Virus record (IMG/VR): IMGVR_UViG_3300027769_000110
Location: 1 to 28,059 of that record
Source of the DNA: a virus
Taxonomy: Duplodnaviria; Caudoviricetes
DNA length: 28,059 nt
Direction: 5' to 3' (one strand)
Shown here: piece by piece, positions 14,668 to 24,055 of the stretch
Numbering within the stretch: position 1 is the stretch's first letter
Layout of the letters: every line of letters begins with the position of its first letter
The notes under the pieces: model-generated
The model's database searches: none
The model's input: the letters and a program-made list of their open reading frames with translations, nothing else
What the model was told of the DNA's origin: nothing
Program-made: the position numbers and the translations under genes

Positions 14668-14712
14668 GGGTGGAAGGGGCAGGCGTGGGGCTTGCTCTTT
14701 CCCCCACTTTTT
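14668..14712 (+). terminator. GC-rich hairpin/terminator with alternative pairing
   Basis: GGAAGGGGCAGGC/GCTTGCTCTTTCC or GTGGGG/CCCCAC, followed by a T5 run. Confidence 0.6.
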
Positions 14713-14737
14713 GATACAATAGATACAAGGGAGAATC

Positions 14738-14944
14738 ATGCGTATAAGCAGACGAATCACAGAGGAAGAAAAGGTTGCCAATCGAATTGGTAACATGGTT
14801 TCAGACCTCAGAGTTGATTTAGAATTGGTGGGGGAATACCTAGCAAAATCTCAGCCCTATGTAGTGTACAATAGATTACAGGTAATAGCAGAATCAGCCA
14901 AAGAAACTAAGGAAGGTACAAATTATGCTTACAACAACATTTGA
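14738..14944 (+). CDS. Hypothetical protein
   Basis: GGGAG RBS. Confidence 0.65.
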   Translation: MRISRRITEEEKVANRIGNMVSDLRVDLELVGEYLAKSQPYVVYNRLQVIAESAKETKEGTNYAYNNI

Positions 14945-15230
14945 GAACAAGGCATTGATACTAGGACAGGTATGGATGCAACACAAGAGCGATAATGAAA
15001 TGGCAGACTTCTTTGCATACAATGACATTGGCGTTCCACTTGCTTTCGCATTTGCCGAGGGTATTGTAAATTACACACCAACACTAGAGCAGTATGTTAA
15101 TGAATCATTTGATTTATTACTAGAGGCAATAAGCATTGATGATGCAGGGTTTGAAGATTTGCAAGACCTGTGGGATGCACTAGAAGCAATCGAAGAGCAC
15201 AACAGCACCAACCCTGAAAATCCTCTCTGA
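14925..15230 (+). CDS. Acidic hypothetical protein
   Basis: ORF track; AAGG RBS. Confidence 0.65.
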   Translation: MLTTTFENKALILGQVWMQHKSDNEMADFFAYNDIGVPLAFAFAEGIVNYTPTLEQYVNESFDLLLEAISIDDAGFEDLQDLWDALEAIEEHNSTNPENPL

Positions 15231-15412
15231 GGCGGGGCCGGAGACTCTTTTGTAACAAACCATCAAACCTTATATCTAAAAGACATTACGATCCAAACCA
15301 AAAAATCCCCAAACCTTAGACATTACGAACCCTTAAAACTTTCCCCCTGCTGAACTTATACCATAGTTTGTAAGGTTTGTCAAACCTTCATATCAAGGTG
15401 TATAATATATAT

Positions 15413-15685
15413 ATGAGTCCAAGACACTTTGCTAGATATGCTAAAGAAGATCCAAAAGGATATAATGCATTCACAGATTCTATGTGGAACTCTTTTGTTA
15501 CTGTTACCCATAAGATTGGTTTGTCTCCTTTCTTTTCATTTACCCCCGATTTTTTGGAGGGACTAAACGCAAAGCAGATTGGCAAGCAACTTGGCACAAT
15601 TTACAACAAATCAATGACTGATGATCCTATTACTGGTACCTTTGCCGATGGCGAAATCCCAGGGGATCAAGACCAAACCCCATAA
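15413..15685 (+). CDS. Hypothetical protein (leaderless)
   Basis: TATAAT 15401-15406, ATG 15413. Confidence 0.55.
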   Translation: MSPRHFARYAKEDPKGYNAFTDSMWNSFVTVTHKIGLSPFFSFTPDFLEGLNAKQIGKQLGTIYNKSMTDDPITGTFADGEIPGDQDQTP

Positions 15686-15778
15686 CAAATAACCCCTATA
15701 GAATAACAAACCATTATCTCCTGGTTTGCTTAAATAACATAAAGGTTTGTTAAAAAAAGATTACGATTATCGACAATT

Positions 15779-15804
15779 TCTCCCTGGTTTTGGGAGATTT
15801 TTTT
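15779..15804 (+). terminator. Intrinsic terminator
   Basis: TCTCCC/GGGAGA followed by T7. Confidence 0.55.
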
Positions 15805-16028
15805 ATGGGGTTTTAAGGTTTGAAAGGACTTGACAAACCATTATATCTGTGATATCATCCGCTTCGGGGATACAAAGGTTTGAGGTTTGACAATATGAAG
15901 GTTTTGTGATAGGGCCTCTCTCCCGCAAAAAAGATTACGAACGCATCGTTAAAAGCGCTCCCTACTCCACTATCCTCCACAATGCTCCACTTCTAGAATG
16001 TCTAAATATATTATCAGTAAGATTAATC

Positions 16029-16082
16029 TGTGGATAACATGTGGATAACTATGAGATTTTTAGCCTATTGTCCTGTGGATAA
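16029..16082. promoter_or_regulatory. Cluster of three perfect DnaA boxes
   Basis: TGTGGATAA at 16029, 16040 and 16074, each followed by C. Confidence 0.75.
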
Positions 16083-16112
16083 CTGTTCACCTTGGTGTGC
16101 TATGATAGGGTG

Positions 16113-16301
16113 ATGTTAACAATACTTTTAATCCTAATCACATGGTATGCCACAAAGGTATACTATACAAAAACCTTCAAACTCTCAATGCCTACTGTAG
16201 ATCCAAACATGGTTCATGCCAACTGTGCTAAGTGTTCTCAAACCATATACACCCATATAGACAACCTTCGTGCCCCATTCTATTGTTTGGCCTGTAAGTA
16301 A
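16113..16301 (+). CDS. Membrane-anchored zinc-ribbon protein (leaderless)
   Basis: TATGAT-N6-ATG; TM segment then CAKC...CLAC. Confidence 0.6.
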   Translation: MLTILLILITWYATKVYYTKTFKLSMPTVDPNMVHANCAKCSQTIYTHIDNLRAPFYCLACK

Positions 16302-16399
16302 TGATAGATGTCCTATGCTTTAACTGTGGGGCTATGTACCAAACCTCATATGGAAAAGACATTACGAAGCAGTGTCCAAAATGCCAGGGCAAATAAAGA

Positions 16400-16714
16400 T
16401 TACAATACACCCTTTATAGCCTTATTGACCATACGGATCAAACCTCGTCTAGTTATCTTCGACGCATCAAATGTCTCCGTATAGCCCCCTTGTGGCATAT
16501 CTGCCTTATCCAGGAAAGAACCATGCTTTTCCCTTAGTGTTCTTAGTACTAGGGTTTCTACTGTTCTCGCTTTATCCCGTTCGGAAAACCACCAATACTT
16601 AATCAATATCCAACCCTTGGTCCTATGGCTTGCAAACCTTCTACCTGAGACATCTGATATACCTATCTTAATAGCCTTATGCATTGGGCTGTATAGTATA
16701 TATAGCAGGGTCAT
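16400..16714 (-). CDS. GIY-YIG/T5orf172-like nuclease domain protein
   Basis: LYILY...IKIGIS....RR...H...E...GYTETF; leaderless start at 16714. Confidence 0.65.
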   Translation of the reverse strand: MTLLYILYSPMHKAIKIGISDVSGRRFASHRTKGWILIKYWWFSERDKARTVETLVLRTLREKHGSFLDKADMPQGGYTETFDASKITRRGLIRMVNKAIKGVL

Positions 16715-16762
16715 AACTCTATTATACTTGACATACCGTGGCAAATATGGGATACTTGATAT

Positions 16763-16972
16763 ATGAAATCAAATAGAGAGGCAGCGCTAACTCGTAGAGA
16801 TAAAGTTAAGCCAAGAAATGTCACAATGCCAAAAGAGGCAATGAAGATAGCCGTAAGATTAGAGACAGCACGAAACTATAAAGATAAAACAAGATATAAC
16901 AATATACTAAAAAAGTTGGCTGATGAGTATCCAGACTATGCAGAGTCTATAGAATCTTTATATTGGAAATAA
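16763..16972 (+). CDS. Basic hypothetical protein (leaderless)
   Basis: TTGACA-17-GATACT-N6-ATG. Confidence 0.6.
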   Translation: MKSNREAALTRRDKVKPRNVTMPKEAMKIAVRLETARNYKDKTRYNNILKKLADEYPDYAESIESLYWK

Positions 16973-17416
16973 ATGTATTCAAACTGTGGCACTTATGCTG
17001 GCTATCGCAAACACCATAACCATAAGACTAAACCATGTGTTGAGTGTTTGGCTGCATCGAGTGTGTACAACAGATTACGATATGCCAATAATAATCGCCG
17101 TTCTGTGACAGCCAAGTATCGTGCTTCAAACCTTGATAAGGTCAGAGAACGAGAAAGATCTAAGAATAGGCGTCGTCGAGCAAACATTACGAACGACTAT
17201 AAAGAATCCCAGGTTATATCTACATATGGGGATGTATGCTACTTATGTGGATTAGGCATTGATCTTCTGGCTCCCCGAAAATGTGGAGTCAAGGGCTGGG
17301 AGCAGGGTTTGCATATTGATCATGTTGTTCCTATTGCAAAAGGTGGCTCAGATACCTTACAGAATGTCAGACCAGCACATGCTTTATGCAATTTAAGAAA
17401 GTGGGCAAACATATGA
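16973..17416 (+). CDS. HNH endonuclease
   Basis: CYLC...HIDHVVPIAKGG....N...H..CN.RK; N-terminal CGT.AGY..H...PC..C. Confidence 0.9.
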   Translation: MYSNCGTYAGYRKHHNHKTKPCVECLAASSVYNRLRYANNNRRSVTAKYRASNLDKVRERERSKNRRRRANITNDYKESQVISTYGDVCYLCGLGIDLLAPRKCGVKGWEQGLHIDHVVPIAKGGSDTLQNVRPAHALCNLRKWANI

Positions 17417-17619
17417 TCAACATGGAAATCCCAGATCCATTCCAAACCTTTGTAGCCAAGAAATATGCCAACGCTAAAGGCTATGTACATGACTTCTTTA
17501 CTGGTGAGTGGTCTTATAGATGCCTTACCTGTAAGGAAGATCTTTTTGGTCCGTCCCGCAAAATTATGACAAAAATAAGACTATACCATACGAGAAATGA
17601 GTGCACAGGTGGATATTGA
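17413..17619 (+). CDS. C2H2-like hypothetical protein
   Basis: ATGA coupling; CLTC...H...C. Confidence 0.6.
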   Translation: MINMEIPDPFQTFVAKKYANAKGYVHDFFTGEWSYRCLTCKEDLFGPSRKIMTKIRLYHTRNECTGGY

Positions 17620-17788
17620 TGAGTTTATGAAAGATCCTTGGAAACGCTTTAATGAGATGAGAAAGACTCCTCATGAATGTGATTACGATTATAGGATAGA
17701 TTCCTCTGGAACTATGTTCTTTGAGATATGTAAACTATGTCTTGATACCAAGGGTGTTATTGAGATGAAAGCAGATGAAGGATACTAA
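17597..17788 (+). CDS. Hypothetical protein
   Basis: ORF track; start uncertain. Confidence 0.5.
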   Translation: MSAQVDIDEFMKDPWKRFNEMRKTPHECDYDYRIDSSGTMFFEICKLCLDTKGVIEMKADEGY

Positions 17789-17872
17789 CCAATAGTGCCC
17801 GTCTAGGGCATAAGAAGGTTTATTACTTCTATTTTGCGCCGAACTTAAAAGAGTGTATGATAAAATATAGCC

Positions 17873-17998
17873 ATGAATAAACTGGAGTCATCGTATAGCA
17901 AATTTATGGGCTACAAGATAGCCTGCACCGAATGCGACGAACTGCACCTTAAACCCAGCGACGAACCATTTGTCTGTTTTACCTGCCTATCCGATTGA
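17873..17998 (+). CDS. 41-aa zinc-ribbon micro-protein
   Basis: Manual translation ...CTECD...CFTC. Confidence 0.5.
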   Translation: MNKLESSYSKFMGYKIACTECDELHLKPSDEPFVCFTCLSD

Positions 17999-18013
17999 TG
18001 GTATAATAGTTAT

Positions 18014-18634
18014 ATGCCATACTCAATTAACAATAAGCCAGTAGGAAATGATCCCGACTCAATTAAAAGAACTGAATCATACAATAAATTTTTCAATAAA
18101 TTAGGCAACTCTACAAAAAACATTATAACTATTCCTAATTTTTTAACAGAAGAAGAAATATCTTATTTGATGGAAGGGCTAGACGAGAGAGACTCTATTC
18201 GTTTTGTTTCTCAAAAAGGTCCTAATGGAGAGCCATTAACCTACATGCATAAATATAATGGTTTGCCTGATAAGTACAATATTATAGGTAGGGCTAAAAA
18301 TGAAATAGAAAAAGCATACAACCTAGAAGATATCAATATATTAGAAAAAGAAGAGTTCTTGGGTGTTGTTCACTGGGAGACTGGATCTTACTTAAATGTT
18401 CATGTAGATGATCTTGGTTATGTAACAGAGAACCATTTGCCAATTATTATTTATTTAAATGATAACTATGAGGGTGGAGAAATTAAATTTGAAACGCATG
18501 ATGTTTGTCTTAAGCCAAAAACTGGTGATTTGGTCATATTCCCTGGTAATGTGCACTATGCTCACGAAGTTAAAAAAGTTTTATCTGGAGATAGATATAC
18601 ATTACCTATTTGGTTTACGATAGTAGAAAATTAA
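18014..18634 (+). CDS. 2OG-Fe(II) oxygenase (prolyl 4-hydroxylase-like)
   Basis: HVD...IIYLNDNYEGGE...KPKTG..VIFP...HEV..V..G.RY; intact HxD..H triad. Confidence 0.9.
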   Translation: MPYSINNKPVGNDPDSIKRTESYNKFFNKLGNSTKNIITIPNFLTEEEISYLMEGLDERDSIRFVSQKGPNGEPLTYMHKYNGLPDKYNIIGRAKNEIEKAYNLEDINILEKEEFLGVVHWETGSYLNVHVDDLGYVTENHLPIIIYLNDNYEGGEIKFETHDVCLKPKTGDLVIFPGNVHYAHEVKKVLSGDRYTLPIWFTIVEN

Positions 18635-18882
18635 TGGATAGTACAAAAAAAAGAAAACTTTTAGATGGGTCTGAGGTAGATGATTACGATTACCCAATTG
18701 ATTTAATTTTGCATACAAAGGCTCCTGCAAAATGGAAACTGATTGATCTTGAAACTGGGCAAGAGTACCTTGGTTCAGAGATATCTCATGAAACATTTGG
18801 AGAACTTCTAAGAAGCAAGGTAGCAAAAGCCAAGATAGGTTCTTGGTTTAAAACAAAGGGAAGAGTAATAAAAAATGGATAA
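18634..18882 (+). CDS. Hypothetical protein
   Basis: TAATG coupling; TKAP.KW.L.D.ETG..Y.G. Confidence 0.65.
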   Translation: MDSTKKRKLLDGSEVDDYDYPIDLILHTKAPAKWKLIDLETGQEYLGSEISHETFGELLRSKVAKAKIGSWFKTKGRVIKNG

Positions 18883-20302
18883 TACTAAAAAGCCTATAAC
18901 CTTTCACTGGATGTGGAGAAGACATTGGCAAATAAATGATAGTATCGAGCACTTAGACCTTAATGGAATTCTCAAGATGGCCCAAGAACTAGATGGTGCT
19001 AACGTAAAATCTGTTTTACTTCCGTATGGTCCAGGAGGTATTGATTTTTCATTAGTAATAAAAGAGGCATTAGAAAAAACCAATCAACTGATAATGACAA
19101 TCGCTTTACCAGCATATGGCGTAAGCCCAGATTATGCTGCGAAGATTCTTGAAACCTTAAATCGCTTTGCTCCTGGAAGAATTGGAGTAAACATGGTTGC
19201 TGGAAGATGGGGCGATGAAGGTAATGGTCATTCTGAAAAGTTAGTAATAGATCACTATATGCATGATCCATCGCTGATTGATACCCTTGAAAAAAGAGTT
19301 GCAATATCTGAAGTGTGGATGGATAAGGTAATGGCTTTAATGGAAAACCATGAGCACAAGACACACATGGCAGTTGTCGGTTCATCAGACACAACAATTG
19401 GAATAGCAAACAAGCATTGCGAATATATATATGTTGATGACAATCTGTTGGTTAGAGATCAGTTTAAAAAGATTGATCTAGATAAGGTGAAGCCAATAGT
19501 GATTATTGATCCACTTATTACCACACATCCAGACGATGAAAAGTATGTCAAGTATGATAAGAATGCTCCAGTTAGACAGCAGCATCATTTAGTAAAAGGA
19601 TCACTGATCGATGTTGTTGCACAAATAAGAAATCTATCTGAAAAATTTGGTATTTATGACTTTATGATTCATACTGATCAGGAAGATATTAGTAAGTTAT
19701 TAGATATGGTAAAAAACTTTAATGACATTGTGGTTCCTGAAGACAATGTCATCGGCTACTCTGACCTAACAGTAAAAACATTTAACAGGATTGGAAGCGA
19801 TCCTAGCAATATTAAAGTATTTAATAACTATCTAAGCAAAGAAGAATGCGAACACATCATAGAACTTATAAAGAGTACAGAGACAAGTAATAACCGTCTT
19901 CTACAGAATGACGATGCTGGTTGGCCTGCCCTATCTTTATTGTATTATGATTCACTTACCTATTCAGAAAAGTATATACCTGGAATTCAGTCTATTTTAG
20001 AAAAAGAGTTTGGTGTAAAACTAAAGCCAAGAAATTCTCGTTTTGCTCAGTGGGTTCATAATAATAGTAAAACTATCCCAATAGATGACATGGGCCACAA
20101 AGACTCAAACCATTTAGCAGGATGGGTTTATCTAAATGATGACTATGATGGTGGAGGTTTATCTTTTATTAATCAGGGCCTATCTCTTAAGCCAAAGGCT
20201 GGCGATCTAATTCTATACCCTGGAAACCCTAACTATTGGTATCATGTTGGGCCAGCCAATGGTTCAAGGTATATCATGCCGATATGGTTTGATCTCGTCT
20301 AG
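18875..20302 (+). CDS. Luciferase-like (LLM/SsuD-type) flavin monooxygenase domain fused to a 2OG-Fe(II) oxygenase-like domain
   Basis: N-term: AQEL..A...SVLLP...IAL....SP.YAAK...TL...APGR..VN.VAG; C-term: YLNDDYDGG...KPKAG..ILYP...HV....G.RY. Confidence 0.75.
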   Translation: MDNTKKPITFHWMWRRHWQINDSIEHLDLNGILKMAQELDGANVKSVLLPYGPGGIDFSLVIKEALEKTNQLIMTIALPAYGVSPDYAAKILETLNRFAPGRIGVNMVAGRWGDEGNGHSEKLVIDHYMHDPSLIDTLEKRVAISEVWMDKVMALMENHEHKTHMAVVGSSDTTIGIANKHCEYIYVDDNLLVRDQFKKIDLDKVKPIVIIDPLITTHPDDEKYVKYDKNAPVRQQHHLVKGSLIDVVAQIRNLSEKFGIYDFMIHTDQEDISKLLDMVKNFNDIVVPEDNVIGYSDLTVKTFNRIGSDPSNIKVFNNYLSKEECEHIIELIKSTETSNNRLLQNDDAGWPALSLLYYDSLTYSEKYIPGIQSILEKEFGVKLKPRNSRFAQWVHNNSKTIPIDDMGHKDSNHLAGWVYLNDDYDGGGLSFINQGLSLKPKAGDLILYPGNPNYWYHVGPANGSRYIMPIWFDLV

Positions 20303-20317
20303 TGGTATAATCATATT

Positions 20318-20443
20318 ATGAATAAATCTAAATGCTTTTTCTGCAACAAGGATGCAACTCATTACGACATAGTTGTAAACCACTCTGAATATGTGGTTGC
20401 AGATGTTTGTTTAGATCATTTGTCTATGGGCCTTGTGTCATAG
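20318..20443 (+). CDS. 41-aa Cys/His micro-protein (leaderless)
   Basis: TATAAT-N6-ATG; CFFC...C..H. Confidence 0.55.
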   Translation: MNKSKCFFCNKDATHYDIVVNHSEYVVADVCLDHLSMGLVS

Positions 20444-20444
20444 C

Positions 20445-20960
20445 ATGAATCCAGCAAAAATAATTACCTATCCAAGATCTGGAACCCACTATCTTCAAAA
20501 CCTTATACTCACATACTCTTCTAAAGAAATAACATTTAGCCACTATCAAGTTAACGAAGATAGTTTTATTATAACTATTGCAAGAGACCCTTTTGACAGT
20601 ATTCAATCTCTTGTAGCAATGAGAAAGTATTACAATCCAGATACATATACTCAAGCCGACTACCTCGACTATTATGTTGACCTGTATAAATATTTAGATC
20701 AAAATGCTAATCTAGTTATTGATTACAACGATCTAATTAATTTCCCTGAAGAAACAACAAAAATGGTATGCAATCTAATTGGTTTTGAAAAAACACCATC
20801 AAAATATAATATGGACGGAGATAACAAGGAGATTGGATATTTGGTCTCTAGCAAAACAGTTAAGGAATATAATGAAGAATATTTTAAAATAGAGGACATG
20901 GCTAAATGCTATAATGAGTATCACAAACTGTTATCTAAAGCAAATAGAGTAAGGGCTTAG
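20445..20960 (+). CDS. Sulfotransferase-like protein
   Basis: 5'-PSB motif TYPRSGT; 3'-PB motif RDP.D...S; Y.DL...P. Confidence 0.7.
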   Translation: MNPAKIITYPRSGTHYLQNLILTYSSKEITFSHYQVNEDSFIITIARDPFDSIQSLVAMRKYYNPDTYTQADYLDYYVDLYKYLDQNANLVIDYNDLINFPEETTKMVCNLIGFEKTPSKYNMDGDNKEIGYLVSSKTVKEYNEEYFKIEDMAKCYNEYHKLLSKANRVRA

Positions 20961-20964
20961 TAGT

Positions 20965-21972
20965 ATGACAAAAATTACAAAAAATATTTTAAACTATTAT
21001 AAAAATAATGAAAATAATTCCTTTTATTTAAACAAATATTTTACAAATACTCTTGAAATTGGTTACTACGCTCCACATGCAACAAATGTTATTCTAAATA
21101 AATCAAATGGTGATCCTTTTTTACCAACGGTGGATGAGCATAACACATACAAGATTAATAGCCTTGGTTTGCGTGGAGAAGTGGATCTTGATGCTGATGT
21201 TCTTGCCTCTGGTTGTTCTATTACTTTTGGTATTGGGATCCCAGAAGATGGAAGATGGACAAACCTTCTAAGCAATAAGATGAATAAGAGTATAATGAAC
21301 TTAGGAAATCCTGGAGGATCTGTAGCAACTATCTGTAACCATATCATTCATTATTGCATGAACAACAAAATGCCTAAAGAAATTTTTTGTTTGATGCCAG
21401 ATTTTTGGAGAAATATGGTTGTTGTAGACAAAGAATTTTATAAGTCAGGCGTAAAGAGAGAAAATGTTGGAACAAAAGATTTTTTAGAGTTAATGTTTTG
21501 TAATCCCAATATTAAAACAGATGAAGATATTGTTGTCATGGAGACAAAAGATAAACAAAATATAGAAGACTCACTTTCGCCACATCAACTAATTTTAAAT
21601 GCTGTAAACTATATTTATATTTTAGAATCATTTTGTTTATCAAATAACATAAAACTACATTGGACAACATGGGACAGATCAAGTTCTATGGTCATGGAAC
21701 AACTTGAAAAACTTGAAAATTTTAAATTAAAAAACTTTGTTCCTTTTTACCCAAAAGGTTCAGGAAATCAACTTAATTTTTTTATAAAAGAGACTTGCAC
21801 TTCAAGCCACGATAACGAATTTAAAGACCATATATGTTGGCCTTCTGGATCTGATTATTCTGTTATAGACCATAAGAAACACCCAGAAATGTCTCATCCA
21901 GGAATTCATTTTCAAGAGCATGTAGCAGAGTTTTTTTATAACTTACAGAATCAAGTAGATTCCAGAAAATGA
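20965..21972 (+). CDS. SGNH/GDSL hydrolase-like protein
   Basis: INSLGLRG...GCSITFG.G...W...NLG.PG.S...HPG..H. Confidence 0.65.
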   Translation: MTKITKNILNYYKNNENNSFYLNKYFTNTLEIGYYAPHATNVILNKSNGDPFLPTVDEHNTYKINSLGLRGEVDLDADVLASGCSITFGIGIPEDGRWTNLLSNKMNKSIMNLGNPGGSVATICNHIIHYCMNNKMPKEIFCLMPDFWRNMVVVDKEFYKSGVKRENVGTKDFLELMFCNPNIKTDEDIVVMETKDKQNIEDSLSPHQLILNAVNYIYILESFCLSNNIKLHWTTWDRSSSMVMEQLEKLENFKLKNFVPFYPKGSGNQLNFFIKETCTSSHDNEFKDHICWPSGSDYSVIDHKKHPEMSHPGIHFQEHVAEFFYNLQNQVDSRK

Positions 21973-22526
21973 AAAAACATATACCATATTTAGTGACATT
22001 TCCAAGAAGTGGGTCTCATTATTTTGACGAACTTATTTATAAAGAAGCAGGAATTCACATCGAAAAATCTCATACTTTAAACCTACTATTTGATAAAAAC
22101 AATAACAAACAAAGAAAGTTAATTACAATAGTTAGAGATCCAGTAGATAGTATCACATCCTATAGTGGATACGAACAAAGCAACGCAGGACCAAGGCCTT
22201 TGTTCGCTATCGAGATAAGAGTTAATCAAATTCTTACAGAGTACATACTTGTGCATAATTTTTTGTATGATTATGCAGACTATGTGATTGACTTTAATGA
22301 TCTTGTATTATATCCAGATGCTGTAACTAAAAAAATTCTAAGTCTTTTAGAAATAGATTCAGGAGATTATGTGTTTTTTGATACATATCCAACAGAGTAT
22401 TCTGAAGATTATCTTAAATCAAGCAAAACTTTACCAAACTATGACAAAAATCTTTTAGATAAATTTAATTTTGATTCATGTTATTTTTATTACAACAGGA
22501 TTTTAGAGAAAAAGATTATCGTTTAG
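21969..22526 (+). CDS. Sulfotransferase-like protein (paralogue)
   Basis: TFPRSGS, KSH, RDP.DSI.S. Confidence 0.7.
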   Translation: MKKHIPYLVTFPRSGSHYFDELIYKEAGIHIEKSHTLNLLFDKNNNKQRKLITIVRDPVDSITSYSGYEQSNAGPRPLFAIEIRVNQILTEYILVHNFLYDYADYVIDFNDLVLYPDAVTKKILSLLEIDSGDYVFFDTYPTEYSEDYLKSSKTLPNYDKNLLDKFNFDSCYFYYNRILEKKIIV

Positions 22527-22566
22527 TCAATTTGACAAAAATAAGACGTTAAGGTATAATAAATAT

Positions 22567-22797
22567 ATGAACCAATTTATGCAAGACTATGCCTCCTGGG
22601 TGCTTGCCGTCATTGGCGTTACAGGAATCTTCTTTGTTGGTCGTAAGACTATTTGGGGATGGTTTGTGCTCCTATTTAACGAATGTCTTTGGATAGCATA
22701 TGCCCTTTATACTGATCAATACGGGTTCATTTTCAGTGCCCTCGCATATGCAGCAGTCTATATTAAGTCATACCTGCATTGGAGAAGAGAAGAATGA
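22567..22797 (+). CDS. PnuC-like three-helix membrane protein (leaderless)
   Basis: W.L..IGV.G....GRK...GW......LW..YA....QYG...Y..W; TTGACA-17-TATAAT-N6-ATG. Confidence 0.65.
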   Translation: MNQFMQDYASWVLAVIGVTGIFFVGRKTIWGWFVLLFNECLWIAYALYTDQYGFIFSALAYAAVYIKSYLHWRREE

Positions 22798-23038
22798 TTA
22801 AAAATGTTTGTTCTCTATGTAATCTAGACAAGGCATCTGAATGGTTTTGGGACGCTCATCAAACAATGAGTGATGGAAAAGTTTGGTGTGTTAATGCCAA
22901 AAGAGCCTAAGATAACTCAGATGGACTGGCGTAGCCTTGGCTACTGGCCTGTATGGAAAAATGGAAAAAAAGTTTGGGTAAAAGACGACAATAGAAATAG
23001 GCAATAACACTTATTTCAACCCTGTGATACAATTAATT

Positions 23039-24055
23039 ATGAAGTTTTTAACAAGAGATATTTTGCCTTTTTATAAAGAGAATGAAGAAAATGATTGGTA
23101 TTTAAAAAGGTTTTTTTCAAATACAAAGCAAATTGGACTTTATAAGCCAGGAAGTAATGATGTTGTTAGTTCAAAACGTATTAGTAAAGATAACTCTGTA
23201 GAAACAGTTGATGAGGTAAATACCTACGAAATAAATTCTATTGGTTTAAGAGGAGAAATTGATGAAAATTCAGAGATACTTGCATCTGGTTGCTCTATAA
23301 CCTTTGGTCTTGGTGTTCCAGAATCTGGTAGGTGGACAAACCTTTTAAGCAAAAAGATTAACAAAAGTGTTACGAACTTGGGCAATCCTGGAGACTCAGT
23401 AGAAAATATTTGCATGAACATAATCCAGTACTGCTTAAACACTAAAATGCCAAAAGAAATTTTTTGCTTTTTCCCAGATTTTTTTAGAAGCGTGGTCATA
23501 GTAGACAAAGAATTTTATAAGTCAAGAGTCAACAGAGGCAGTATGGGAACAAAAGATAACTTAGAACAAGTTTTTTGCAACCCAAAAATAATTCAAGACA
23601 AGAGATCATTTTTTATGGAAATACAAGATCAAAAATATATAGAGGACTCAACTTCCCCACATCAACTCGTTGTGGACTCTATTAGGTTTATTTATGTTTT
23701 AGAATCATTTTGTTTGTCAAATAATATAAAACTACACTGGACAACTTGGAACATACCATCTAGTTATATTTTAGAAGAATTAAGTAAAATAAAAGATTTT
23801 AAATTAAAAAATTTTACATCTTTTTATCCTCCTGATTCAGAATATGAGGGCTTGGGCGCACTTATACTAGAGAATTGTAATCCAGATACTCACGAACACG
23901 AGTTTAAAGATCACCCATCTTGGAATGTGGGATCTGACTATGCTTTTATAGATGGTAAAAAAACATTTAAAAATTCTCATCCAGGAATACATGTTCAAGA
24001 ACATGTTTCAGATTTTTTTTACAATTTATATAAGGGACACAATGAAAACAATTAA
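23039..24055 (+). CDS. SGNH/GDSL hydrolase-like protein (paralogue of 20965..21972)
   Basis: Shares GCSITFG, MPKEIFC, VDKEFYKS, SPHQL, LESFCLSNNIKLHWTTW and HPGIH. Confidence 0.7.
   Translation: MKFLTRDILPFYKENEENDWYLKRFFSNTKQIGLYKPGSNDVVSSKRISKDNSVETVDEVNTYEINSIGLRGEIDENSEILASGCSITFGLGVPESGRWTNLLSKKINKSVTNLGNPGDSVENICMNIIQYCLNTKMPKEIFCFFPDFFRSVVIVDKEFYKSRVNRGSMGTKDNLEQVFCNPKIIQDKRSFFMEIQDQKYIEDSTSPHQLVVDSIRFIYVLESFCLSNNIKLHWTTWNIPSSYILEELSKIKDFKLKNFTSFYPPDSEYEGLGALILENCNPDTHEHEFKDHPSWNVGSDYAFIDGKKTFKNSHPGIHVQEHVSDFFYNLYKGHNENN

Noticed and set aside
21066-23508. Similar antisense ORFs 21066..21347 and 23224..23508
   Set aside because: Their similarity simply mirrors the paralogous sense genes.
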